Source: the human T2T-CHM13v2.0 reference genome, Homo sapiens
Assembly: GCF_009914755.1 (NCBI RefSeq)
Contig: NC_060932.1
DNA: 64,000 nt
Direction: 5' to 3' (one strand)
Positions 40,218-53,330 of this stretch are shown one piece after another. Each line of letters opens with the position of its first letter. Position 1 is the first letter of the stretch. A model generated the notes under the pieces. That model was given only the letters and a program-made list of their open reading frames with translations. It was not told where the DNA came from and ran no database searches. The translations under genes and the position numbers were made by a program.

Positions 40218-41095
40218 CAGGGGTCTCTAAACATTTTTAAATTCACCTCATGATAATAAAAAAAGTAATTAAAAGAATTATATGTGTGCATAAATTACAT
40301 AGATTATTATAGTGTTACATTAATCAATTCTCAAGAAAGCATCTAAATATTGTCACCTTTAATGGAATTTTCTATTAACACTGGGATACATTTCAAATAA
40401 CTTTAAATATCAAGGAAAAAAAAAGAGGCTTGCTTTATGGTTTGGGTGCCTAGATTTTAAATGTCTTGGTAATTATAACTTTATGCTATCATTAATTAAT
40501 ATCTCAAGACAGAATGAGCTTCAGTAATTAAATATAGTGAATGGAAATTTGTATATCAAATACTAAATAATATTTTCTAAATTTGGGGTAAACTTCTTTT
40601 GGGGTCTGATTGGATTATCATTATTTTCCCTTTGAATTTGGCTGACAACAACTTTGAAGTTTCAGCTCTGTCATTTTGCTGTTGTTGTTGTACACTTGTG
40701 TTTATGTTATCTACGTTATCTTTAATTTTTAATTTCTGTATAGGAATCTTTATAAGCCACTTATTTATTTTCTGAAAATATTAATTTGCTGATAGCCAGA
40801 TAATGCAGTTCAATCCACTCAATTCAAAACATTATAGTACCTTGAAAGCTAATGAGAGAGTGAGGGTGAAGCTTTAAACCACTCAGCCTTAGGGAGAAAC
40901 TCTGTATATTGTATGTGATAAATGACTGCCTGATATGCAAACCTAATACAGGTGTCACTTTTAGTCTCATATTAAATATTTGTAAGGTCTATTATCTTCA
41001 TTATTTTTAATACAAACATACATATAAATATAACTTCTAATATTTTCTTTGTAGACACATGGATAATTTGCACAACACCTTTTGATGACCACGGT
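40218..41095. mobile_element. hAT-Charlie DNA transposon relic
   Basis: Termini 'caggggtctctaaac' and 'ttttgatgaccacgg' resemble Charlie TIRs. AT-rich interior. Confidence 0.4.
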
Positions 41096-41638
41096 TCTCA
41101 TACCTGATTTGTATGATCAGTTGGGGCAACTAATTCACCTCTCTGCACCTCACCTTTTAGTAAAAATAAAGATAGACATTCCTGTTATAGTTGGGGGTCC
41201 CAATTACATATTATTTGTCTCCTTCAACACCCAGGAGTAGAACAGGGAGATAAGTGAAAGTCGGTGTCATCCTATTTAGGGATGTCTGTTACTCTCAAAG
41301 TCTAATGTTCCCTCGTAAAGATGGAATGGAGGATGTAGGTGATAAATGCAGTCAACATGGCTGCCTCCTGCCTCATCCCTCTCCCCAGTCTAGACCTCAG
41401 CAGCTAGCTGTGGGGATGAGCAGGGGCTGCAAAATCACCTCAGAGTACTTACTCTGTGTCTGCTGCTTAGAGAATCTGTCTGTCTCACAGTGACTGGCAG
41501 TGATGCTCACCAACCACTGCCCAAAGGAGAAGACACCAGAGAACTCAAAAGTGTCCAGTGGGTGGTAGAATTTATCCTGGATCTGTTACTGCAAGGGCAG
41601 AGGGTACTGAACAAGTGCTCCATTTCTCTCACTTATCT

Positions 41639-42127
41639 TTTTTTTTTATTATTATACTTTAAGTTCTAGGGTACTTTACTTTATATTTGCTCCTCCACAA
41701 GGGAGGAAGGAAGGGTAATGTGACTGGTGGGAGCCTCGTATACATGTGCCATGTTGCTGTGCTGCACCCATTAACTAGTCATTTACATTAGGTATGTCTT
41801 CTAATGCTACCCCTCCCCCCTCCCCTCACCCCACAACAGGCCCCGGTGTGTGATGTTCCCCTTCCTGTGTCCAAGTGTTCTCATTGTTCAATTCCCAACT
41901 ATGAGTGAGAACATGCGGTGTTTGGTTTTTTGTCCTTGCGATAGTTTGCTGAGAGTGATGGTTTCCAGCTTCATCCATGTCCCTACAAAGGGCATGAACT
42001 CATCATTTTTTATGGCTGCATAGTATTCCATGGTGTATATGTGCCACATTTTCTTAATCCAGTCTATCATTGATGGACATTTGGGTTGGTTCCAAGTCTT
42101 TGCTATTGTGAATAGTGCTGCAATAAA
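41639..42127 (-). mobile_element. 5'-truncated L1PA4/5-like element
   Basis: Near-consensus L1PA 3' end ('ttattatactttaagttctagggtac'; ORF2 tail MIDWIKKMWHIYTMEYYAAIK). 11-bp TSD CTCACTTATCT (41628-41638 / 42128-42138). Confidence 0.95.
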
Positions 42128-43453
42128 CTCACTTATCTAAGACACAGCAGCTCAGGAGAGTCAAAGAGGACCTTCTCTCCCACTGCCAAGAGGCAACAGT
42201 GCATGGGATGTGTGGGAGGTGACCTACTGGCTACAAGGCTCCCACTAGTCACATTACCCCTCCTTCCTCCCTTATGGAGGAGCAAATATAAAGTAGAGAG
42301 AATAAAGTCAGAAATGTTCCATTCAAAATTCCCAAAACTGGGAGAGAACATGAAAATCCCCTTCTATGGAAATGGAAAGACAGAGGATAAGTGTTACTTC
42401 CTAAAAAACCTACCTGGCAGGACTGGCAAAATGAATGAATGAAGTATACATGGAAAGCTCCTAAACACCATACACATAGTAGGCATTCCATAAAATTAGC
42501 TTAAAAATTAATAATAGTCCTTGAACTAATTGTCTGAACTATGATGGGAGGAAGCCAGTAATTACTAGTAATGACAATTTTTCAACAAGCACTTTAGTCA
42601 CATTTTATATATTATTGCTGTTATTAAGTACCTAACAAGGTTTGTTGGCATAGAACAATGCATTGCCTTGAATTGAAAATAGGCAGTAATTGAATAGAAA
42701 AATGTATAGGCAGTGTAGGTCCCCTTAAATTGAATTCGTTTCTTAAATATAGTACTTATAGTACCCTCGATGTAAGCTTTTTTAAAGCATTAGAGGAATC
42801 AAACAAACAAGGTCTATATTTTTGCATAGGGTGTTTTACGTTCAATACTACAATATTTATGTTTGGCACTATTCACTCCATGGGAAAATATAGGCTGTGT
42901 GTCTTTTATTTGCTTGATAGTTCAGACTCGCTGATACCCAAGGGCTCACTACACCCACAGATTTTGTCACAATACTTATATTCTGAAAAGGAATTTTTAC
43001 CATTCAAAAGCAAGCCAAGTCTAATTTTGTAATTTTTATATACTGTAAGATGTTATTATTTAGTATGTGAAGTACCTAGATCTATCATCAGTGAATGTGA
43101 CATAACATAATCTATTTTACACAGTAAAATGACTTGCCCGGATCTGTTTCGTTTCTAACCGATGGCCAATTTAAAGAGTCTTACTCTTTTTTTTCTGCTT
43201 TCTTAGCCAGTTATTAAATTTACTATCAAAGCAATAAAGAGGAAAGAAGCTAATTCTCCTATACCTATTTAGAATAAATGAAATCTGACTTCATGTCAAT
43301 TGATGCTGCCTATAGACTATTTAAGCATTCCTTTCCTTGAGAAATCCTGATAGTGCAGGTCTTGAAATAACAATAGTGAAGGTCAACTCAGCAGTATTCC
43401 TACTATCAAGGGCTATGCAGCACACCAGTTTCTCTCTCAAAAATAGCAGGAGA

Positions 43454-44054
43454 TATAAGTAAATGTGAGCCATGGTGGTTTGCTGCACAGATCTTCCCAT
43501 CACCCAAGTATTAAGCCCAGCATCCGTTAGCTATTCTTTCTGATCCTCTCCTCCTACCACCCACTGTCCTCCAACAGTCCCCAGTGTCTGTTGCTCTCTG
43601 CCATGTGTCCATTTGTTCTCATCATTTAGCTCCCACGTATAAGTGGGAACATACAGTATTTGGTTTTCTGTTTCTGCATTAGTTTGCTAAGGATAATGGC
43701 CTCCAGCTCCATACATATTTCTACAAAGGACAGGATCGTGTTCCTTGTTATGGCTGCATAATACTCCACGGTGTATATGCACCACATTTTCTTTATCCAG
43801 TCTATCACTGATGGACATTTAGGTTGATTCCATGTCTTTGCTTATGTGAATAGTGCTGCAATGCACGATGCAACAAACCTGCACATCTGCACATATACTC
43901 CAAAACTTAAAAGTTGGAAATTTTTAAAATATATTAAAAAAATTAAAAATAAAAATCTGTAATAAGTTGGGAGTGATGTATGCTTTATTATAAATAACAA
44001 TTAAGTTAATATGTTTTTAAAAATAAAATGGTTTCTCATGGCAAAAAAAGAAAG
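43454..44054 (+). mobile_element. Older L1PA 3' end with 5' inversion and 3' transduction
   Basis: Antisense L1 at 43454-~43866, sense terminus at ~43868-43955, unique tail with AATAAA and a second A-tract, TSD AAATAGCAGGAGA (43441-43453 / 44055-44067). Confidence 0.88.
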
Positions 44055-44369
44055 AAATAGCAGGAGACAGGTACTTTATCTTGCTTTTGTTTGGAAGGAT
44101 CCAGTGACGTTTATTAGTTGGAAGTTGAGGATAGTAAAAAGGGACTATTATACAGAAAAGATGCAGCAGTCAGGGATCTACAGACCAAAAGTCAGAGTCT
44201 GAGGAAGGAAGAAGGTTGGTGACTATATAAGGTTCAAAGCTTTCCAAAAGGAAGAACTTACATTATAGAGCTGTACTCTTTCTCCTTCAGATGTGCTAAT
44301 ATTTGTTCTTCCTATGTACCATATCAGACTAAAAATACTGATAAATATAGATGCAATCAACAACAACAA

Positions 44370-44860
<491 letters not shown>

Positions 44861-44876
44861 ATGTAAGAAAAGAGCT

Positions 44877-45154
<278 letters not shown>

Positions 45155-45155
45155 G

Positions 45156-45172
45156 CAAGAAAGAAAGAAGGA

Positions 45173-45236
<64 letters not shown>

Positions 45237-45240
45237 AAAA
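45156..45240 (+). repeat. (GAAA)n tetranucleotide STR grown from the Alu tail
   Basis: Roughly 20 GAAA units with few interruptions. Confidence 0.95.
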
Positions 45241-45924
45241 AGAAGAGCTAAACTCATTATTTGTGTTTAATTCATATAATAAATTGAACCTATTTAAATC
45301 CTGGTCCATTGCCATTCACAAACAGTATTTCTGTAGGGAGGAACTACACTAATTTCAATTCAACTATGCTTACTCAAAGGCAAGGGTTTATGATTATAAA
45401 TACTTCTGTGATTTGAAAAGGCAACCATTCTTCCATTTTTCAAATCCATCAAGTTGACTGCTTCAAAATAAAACACCGCTAAATAAAATGTTTCACGTAG
45501 ATGTAAGCTTTTTAACAAATAAATTGAATTAACACTTATTGTCCCAGGTTTTCTGTAAGAATTCACTTTCTTGATCCTAAAATCATTATATATTATCCCA
45601 AACTTTAAGGAAATGGAGTACATATTAGTTCCATTTTATATGTGAGAAATCAAAAGCTCACAGAGAACAAGTCAATCACCAAAGAACAAAGAGAATGTTA
45701 GTAGTTAAGCCCTCTTGCACAACGGGTAGTGGCATCACAGATGCAGAGGTAATGAGACAGATCTGGGGTTCATTCAGTTCTGGTAGGGCCCCTAACCATG
45801 ACAATGCCAGGCTCTGACCTACACATAGGGATACCAAAAAAGGCTACGTTGCTTGTACTTAATTAACTTATATGTAGCAGTTCTTTTGATGATCCAGTTT
45901 AATGGTGTGTCTTTTGAAAGTCGT

Positions 45925-47460
45925 TTTTAAAATTTATTTTATTTTTAGATTCAGGTGGTACATGTGTATGTTTGTTACATGGGTATATTGCTTAATGGTG
46001 GGGATTGGGCTTTTAGTGTATCAATTACCCAAATGGGGAATATTGTACCCAATAGATAATTTTTCAACCTTTGCCCTCTTTCCACCCTTTCCCCTTTTGG
46101 AGTCCCCAGTGTCTATCATTCCATGATCATGTCCATGTGTACAAACTGCTTATACAAGCTTATACATTTATATATTAGAACATGTGGTATTGATTTTCTG
46201 TTCCTGAGTGAGTTCACATAGGATAATGGCCTCCAGCTCCATCCATGTTGCTACAAAGGACAGGATTTCATTCTTTTTTATGGCTGTGTAGTATTCCATG
46301 ATGTGTATATACCACATTTTCTTTATCCAGTTAACCTTGATGGAAACTCACATTGGTTCTATGACTTTTCTATTGTGAATAGTGTTGCAATTAATGTATG
46401 AGCACAGGTGTCTTTTCATATAATGATTTTTTTTCCTTTGGGTAGATACTCAGTAGTGGGATTGCTAGGTCAAATGGTGGTTCTGTTTTCAGTTCTTTGA
46501 GAAATCTCGATACTGTTTTCCATAGAGGTTTGCGTTAGGCCATTCTTGTGCTGCTATGAAGAAATACTTGAGACCAAGTAATTTGTAAAGAAATGAAGTT
46601 TAACTGGCTCACAGTTCTGCAGTCTTTACAGAAAGCAGGGTGCTGGCATCTATTTGGCTTCTGGGGAGGCCTCAGTAAACTTAAAATCATGGTAGAGGGT
46701 GAAAGGAGAGCAGAAACATCACATGGCCAGAGCAGGAGCAAGAGACAGAGAGTGGAGTAGGTGGTGCCACACACTTCTAAATGATTAGATTTCATGTGAA
46801 CTCAGAGCTCACTTATCCCCAGAGGATGGTTCAAGCCATTCATGAGGAATCTGCCCCCATGATCTAAATACCTCCTACCAGGCCCCACCTCCAACACTGG
46901 AAATTACAATTCAATATTTGATTTGGGCAGGGACAAATATCCAATATAAGTCAAGGATGAACGAATTTACTTTCCCAGCAACAGTGTATAAGCATTCCCT
47001 TTTCTCTGCATCTACACCAACATGTTGTCTTTTAACTTTTTATAATAGCTACTTTGGCTGGTGTAAGATGATATGTTATTGTGGCTTTAATTTGCATTTC
47101 TCTGATAATTAGTAATGCTGAGCATCTTTTCATATGTTGGATGCCTGTATTTCTTGAGAAAATGTCTGTTCATATTCTTTGCCCAGTTTTTAATGGAGTT
47201 GTTTGTTTCTCTCTTGTTGAGTTCCTAGTAAATTCTGAATATTAGTCCTTTGTCAGAGCCATAATTTGCAAATATTTTCTCTCATTCTGTAGGTTGTCTG
47301 TTTACTCTGTGGATTATTTCTTTTGTTCTGCAGAAGAATTTTAGTTTAATTAAGTCCCATTAATCTATTTTTGTTTTTGTTGCATTTGCTTTTGAGATCT
47401 TCATCACAAATTTTTTGCCTAGGCCAATGTCCAGAAGAGTGTTTCCTAGGTTTTCTTGAA
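45925..47460 (-). mobile_element. L1PB 3' end, split by an MST LTR
   Basis: 'tagattcaggtggtacatgtgtatgtttgttacatgggtatattgc' 3'UTR followed by antisense ORF2. Confidence 0.88.
46531..46953 (-). mobile_element. MSTA/MSTB solo LTR
   Basis: Complete antisense LTR from 'tgcgttaggccattcttg' to 'atccaatataagtca'. TSD AGGTT/AGGAT. Confidence 0.92.
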
Positions 47461-48140
47461 AGTCATTCTTCATTCTTAAAAGATCAACCCAGAGTCCATT
47501 TCTTCAGTCTTTCAGATAGTTTTGTAACTATCTAATATCCTGTAATACATTCCTTCCTGCTTAAAGGAGTAGATTGGTTCTTTGCCATTGAATTCTTATT
47601 GACAGCCATGTGAATACAATGGATTCTGCATCACAGATTTACTGGTTAATGGAATATATGTTTTGAATCACCCCACATTATTTATACTTTAGTATTTCTT
47701 AATATTTTATGCTTTAGGCATCACAGTGAGGACTTGGCTTTTCTTTAAACTCAGAAAACCTGGGAAGAGATAGGACTAAAGAAAAAACAATGCAACAGAT
47801 GAAGCAACCCAGGCAGGATAAGATGCCAGTTAAAGGGTTGCCTGCAACATTCTTTGTTCTTCTTTTGCCTTATCTCTTATCCTGTGTGTAACAAAAAGAG
47901 GAAGACCAAGGAAAAGAATAAAACAGTCATCGCCAATATTATAAAAAATTACAGACTAGGGGAAAAATCAGAGAGCAGATCACACAGAAAGATTAAAACA
48001 CTGGTCTAAAGAGATCATGTGCTAAGAAGTTCTGATTCTCCCATCATCTTTGGTTAGCAATATAGTCTAACCTCAGTGAGGAGATTTCTCCCTTCTCCAG
48101 CTCCTGCTTTTTCATCCTCCATTTATTTCCAGAAAAAGCT

Positions 48141-48449
48141 TAAACTTTAGTTAGATATAATTGATCTACAAAAATTACACATATTTAATGTATACATCTT
48201 GATGAGTTTGGACACATGTGTACACCTGTAATACCATCACAACCAGGTTACTAACACTTGTCACTTCCAAACATTTCCTTGTGTTCGTTTGTGAAGGGGT
48301 TTTTTTTTTTTTGGTGAGAATATTTAACATGAGATATGAGATCTATCTTCAACATACTTCAAAGTGCACAAAGTCATATTGTTAATTATATGTACTATGT
48401 TGTAGAGATGATTTCTAGAACTGACTCATCTTGTACAACAGGAAATTCA
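48141..48449 (-). mobile_element. L1MA9/10-like 3' terminus
   Basis: 'atatttaatgtatacatcttgatgagtttggac' and 'tttggtgagaatatttaacatgagat'. Confidence 0.8.
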
Positions 48450-50005
48450 TACAAATAACTGAAAAGGCATCCTGTGTTCATGAGTTGCAAGAAATAATAT
48501 TGTTAAAATATCCATACTACCCAAAGCTACCTACAGAATGAATGTAACCCTTATCAATATTTCATTGGCATATTTTACAGAAATAGATAAAAATCCTGAA
48601 ATTTGTACAGAACCACAAAAGACCCCAAATAGCTAACATGATCTTGAAAAAAAAAGAACAAAGCCAGAGACATTACATTTCCTAATTTCAAAATATATTA
48701 CAAAACTACAGTAATCAAAATGGTATGCTGCTGTCATAAAATCAGACATACAGACTAATGAAACAGAAAAGAGAGTCCAGAAATAAATCCTCATATATAT
48801 GGTCAATTGACCTTGGAAAAGGTTACCAAGAACCCATAATAAGGAAAGAATAGCTTCTTAAACAAATGATGTTGAAAAAATTGAAGATCCACATGCAGAA
48901 AAAATTGGACCCCTATTTTATACATACACAAAAATCAATTCAAAATGTATTAAAAGCCTAAATATAAGACCTGAAACTGTAAAACTCCTAAAATGAAATG
49001 TAAGGGGAAAACTTCTTGACATTGGTCCTGGCAACGATTTTATTTTTAATATCACATCAACGCTCAAGCAACAAAAGCAAAAATAGACAAGGGACACTAC
49101 ATCTCATTAAAAATCTTCTGCAGAGCCAAGGAAACAATCATCAGAGTGTAAGGGCATCCTACAGAATGGGAGAAAATATTTGCCAACCATCTATCTGATA
49201 AGGGGTTAGTATCCAAAATATATAAGAATCTTCTACAGCTCAGTAGCAAAAAAACACAAAAACAAACAACCTGATTAAAAAGTGGGCAAAACACTTGAAT
49301 AGATATTTATCCAAAGAAAACATATGAATGGCTACCAGTTATAGGAAAACATGTTCAGTGTCACTAGTCATCAGATAAATGCAGATCAAAAACCACAGTG
49401 AGAAACCTCACACCTATTAGGATGGCTATAAAAAAACAAAAACAAAAACAGAAGAACAAAAAATAATGAGTGTTAAAGAGGATGTGGAGAAACTGGAACC
49501 CTTATACACTTTTGGAGGGAATGTAGAATGGTGCAGCCACTAGGAAAAACAGCATGGAAGTTCCTCAGCAAATTAAAATAGAATGACTCTATGATTTAGT
49601 AATCTCACCTCTGGGCATATATCCCAAAGAATTGAAATCAGAATCTGAAAGAGATACTTGCACCCTCATATTCATTGTAGCATTATTTATAATAGAAACA
49701 ACCCAAAAGGTAATGGAAAGATGAATTAATAAAGTGATATGTACATACAATGGAATATTATTCAGCCTTAAAAAAGAAGGAAATCCAGCCATTTGCGACA
49801 ACATGAATGAAACTAGAGGAAATTATGCTAAGTGAAATAAGCCAGAAACTGAAAGGCAAATACTACACGTTTCCATTTATATGAAGTATCTCAAATAGTC
49901 AAACTCATAAAAGCAGAAAATAGAATAGTGTTCACCGGGGCCAGGGGGAAGGAAAAGTAGGAAATTGTTCTTCAAGGGGTATAAAGTTTCTCTTATGCCA
50001 GAGGA
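48450..50005 (+). mobile_element. L1MA ORF2 3' part and 3'UTR (probably the inverted arm of the adjacent element)
   Basis: 'aatattgttaaaatatccatactacccaaagc' through 'gggtataaagtttc'. Many stops and frameshifts. Confidence 0.88.
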
Positions 50006-50778
50006 AGTCTTAAGTGTATCTGAGTGAATGATTGGAGTCTTCACAATAAAATCAACCACTTTTTTCTGGCCCTGTCCCTAATCACCCAAACCATTTAACT
50101 TACTGACTTTGTCTTACCCCAAGATGTCAAGAAACCAAATTATTAAACTGAATCATGGCCAAACTCAATGCAGTAGCAATTCTTTTTACAATATCCCTGA
50201 AGAATGACCATTTAAACTCTGACTGATAGTTATGTTAATATTTTGTTGCCTAATTAATTAAGAGAAGGAATTCAGGCCAGAGGTGAAGCATAGTAAGGTA
50301 CTCTTCCTTAAAAGCAATTAGCCAGTTGATTTCAACATTTCTACTCTTTGAAAACAGTATGTTTATTTACATTGTGCTTCCCCCAACTCCATTCAGGTGT
50401 AAACAGAGTGATACGTTAGCCTTCTCTGGTGCATCTGCCAACACAGTATTAATTTCTAACAGCTGAGGATGGCTGGACCTTCACCTCTACTTTATTTCCT
50501 CAAAATAACAGTTGTAAGATGCATAAATACAGCACAGACATGTCTATATAAATAAAACCACAGAAATAAACATATGCAGAGAATCATATGCTCAAACTAA
50601 AATATCTTAACATAACTCGATCGATTGATATTTTAGTCTTTTCAAGTTCCTGTGATAGTCAAATATTTATTCTCATGATGGCTGATGTGGTCAACCACAC
50701 ACAACTACAACATAGCTGGGAGCCCGTGAGTGTTTAGGTATGCCAGAAAGCAATACGATCATTTTTGTATATTGGGAA

Positions 50779-51112
50779 CAGAGGTTGCAGTTCCAAGCCA
50801 GTACACAGGGGCCAGGCAGATGATATAAATGAGGGAAGTGGTGAAGGACTGGGATCTATTGGAAAGGCAGTGCACCTGCAAAATAAAGTTCTCACCACTC
50901 AGCACTAACAAAGGTTTTTTTGTCAATGGATATAGGCTCAGTTTCCCAGATTTTTCTATTTTTAAAAAGAAGTCAGACAACTTTAAAAAAAATAAAGAAA
51001 ATCTCTATACTTTTAAGTGTTGGGAACAAATTCAACTTAAGAATAACCAAAACAAACCATTGACCAAATAAAATATATCTGCAGGCTCATGTACCTCCAG
51101 TTTGGTAATTTG
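50779..51112 (+). mobile_element. MER102 hAT-Charlie transposon
   Basis: 'cagaggttgca...acaggggccaggcagatgatataaatgag...atctgcaggc...ccagtttg'. Confidence 0.7.
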
Positions 51113-51379
51113 TTTGACAAATGGGACATTTTTAGCTTCTTTTCTAAAAGTCTATATTTACATTTATTTATTTATATTCTTAGACATGAGTAAAATATTT
51201 CTCTAATTTTTAAAAAAGTGCTTAGGCTAAACTAGATGGGAAATTTCTTTTAAATAAGTCATCTTAGAGCAATGACCGCTACTTGAGATGGAAGAAGTTG
51301 TGCTAGTTATGGGGGCAGGGAAGCCAAAAAAAAAAAGAAAAACACGCTTTCTTGTAGAAATTATTATTAAAGACAATCT

Positions 51380-51598
51380 TAGGGTCACTATCCCATAAAA
51401 GTTTGTACAATGATGGAAACGTTGTATATCTGGTCTGTCCAATATGATAATCAGTAGCCACATGCAGCTACTGAGAACTTGAAATGTGGCTAGTACAACT
51501 AAGGAGCATAATTTTAAATTTTATTTAATTTAAAGTAATTTATTTTAAAATTTAAATCGCCACATACAGTTAGTGGCTGCTGTATTAGACAGCACAGC
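51380..51598 (+). mobile_element. MER3 DNA transposon
   Basis: 'aatgatggaaacgttgtatatctg...gtagccacatg...cttgaaatgtggctagt...tattagacagcacag'. Confidence 0.85.
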
Positions 51599-51599
51599 C

Positions 51600-52800
51600 C
51601 TAGGTATATAACCTAGAATAGAACATCTTGTTCAAAAGATATTATTCCTATGTGCATTCTTACAGATGTCAAATTGATTTCCAGATTGGTTTTACTGATT
51701 TATATGTCTAACAATGATTTTTTAAATATAATTTATCTTCTTCAACACTGGGATTGTCAAGATTTAAAATTTTTGATACTCATTTGGGCAATAATGGCAG
51801 CTCTTGGTCAATCTTTATTTTCCTGATTACGAAGTTTATCATCTTATATTAACCATTTGGCTTTGTACTTTGAATTGCCTGTTCATATACTTTAAATCAT
51901 GTTTCTACTGGGATATTTGCTTTTCTTTTCTCTCTCCCTTCTCTCCCTCTCTTCCTCTCTGTGTTCCTTTTTTCCTTCCTTCCTACCTAACTTATAGAAG
52001 CAATTTATAAATTATTAATTTTTAATCTTTTACCTGTTATGTGAATCAGAAATGTCTTCTCCCAGTCTGTGCATTTTATTTTCACTTTGTTTATGTTGTT
52101 TTTTTTGATCAGAGGCTTTACAATTTGAATGTAGTATAGTGGATTTGTCATTTACTTTATGGTTTGTGCAGTTTATCCCTTATTGAAAAAAACTCTTGCT
52201 GAACCAAAGTCTATTTTATCTGATAATAATATAGCTTGGCCAACATTCCTTTGGTTTAGGGTTGCTGGATTTAGTAAATAAAATTATAGTATACCAGTTA
52301 AATTTAACATTTAGATAAACAATAACCTTTTTTTTTTCCTTTTTTTTGTATAAGTTTGCTGTATGCAATATTTGGGACATAATTATAATAAGAATATTCA
52401 CTATTTATCTAAAATTCAAATATAACTGGTCATTCTCTATTTCATCTGTCAATTGTATTTTGCTTAGAAAATATCTCTCCATGTATTTTTCTCTCATTTT
52501 TCTTCCAAATTTCCAAGAGCCTTATGCATTACGTGTCTCCCTCATAATTAGCATTTAAAAGAAATATAGTTCATTACCCAACATAAGGATCTGTCTCCCA
52601 AAAGGCAGATTGAGGCCACTTACATTTATTGTGGTTATTTCTTTTTAAATATTTATCATGCTTTTTGTTGTGTTTATTTTTCTCTTTTTCTGCCCTTTTC
52701 TATATTGATTAGGTTTTATTTATTTCTGGCTTTACACTCTGCTAACTTGGATAATATAACTCTATTATTTTAGTTGTTGACCTTAATATTTTAAGCAAAC
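51600..52800 (-). mobile_element. L1ME-type fragments, interrupted by MER53
   Basis: 'tgaattgcctgttcatatacttt' and 'aatgtcttctcccagtctgtg...ttttcactttgtttatg'. Confidence 0.6.
52257..52457 (+). mobile_element. MER53 palindromic hAT MITE
   Basis: TAGGGTTGC start, internal inverted symmetry ('ccagttaaatttaacatttagataaac' / 'tttatctaaaattcaaatataactgg'), degenerate 8-bp TSD CTTTGGTT/TTTTGCTT. Confidence 0.8.
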
Positions 52801-52889
52801 TTTTTGTACCTGTAGTTATACTCAGTTATTTGAGAGATCTTCATGCTCTTTTCTCATATTTGAATGAAATGGTTCTCATTATTTGAATT

Positions 52890-53330
52890 CTTTTTTTGTG
52901 TGTGTATTTTTCTTTTTGTAAAGTTTTGGGAACAAGACAATATAATGATCACATCTATGCTTTACAAAGAAAACTCTGCATCTATATGAAGAATAAATGA
53001 TGGAGCTAGGCTGGAGAAGTACACTACTTGAAGTCAACAAGAAAGCAGCTGGTGAAAGATGATGAGACACTTATTAGAGGAAGAAGCAGTGAGGATGGAA
53101 GGGAGAGAAATATACACTAGAGGCACTGGAAAGTGCATCACCCACCTTATTGAGTCATCAGATATGATATTCTGAATTTCCTGGGTTAGGTAAAAATTAA
53201 AATGGAAATTGTAAGAAAATAGCCCTTATTTATTTATTTATTTATTTATTTTTAACAAAACAAAGAATCCAAGATTCATCAAGACAGAATGTTGTTTAAA
53301 GATACTGCAAATGGCCAGGGGTAGATGGAA
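52890..53330 (-). mobile_element. L2 fragments
   Basis: 'tataatgatcacatctatgctttacaaagaaaactctg' and 'gcagtgaggatggaagggaga'. Confidence 0.55.

Noticed and set aside
41888-42070. ORF MIDWIKKMWHIYTMEYYAAIK (also 43626-43808 and 23247-23441)
   Set aside because: These are L1 ORF2p C-terminal remnants in truncated elements, not genes.
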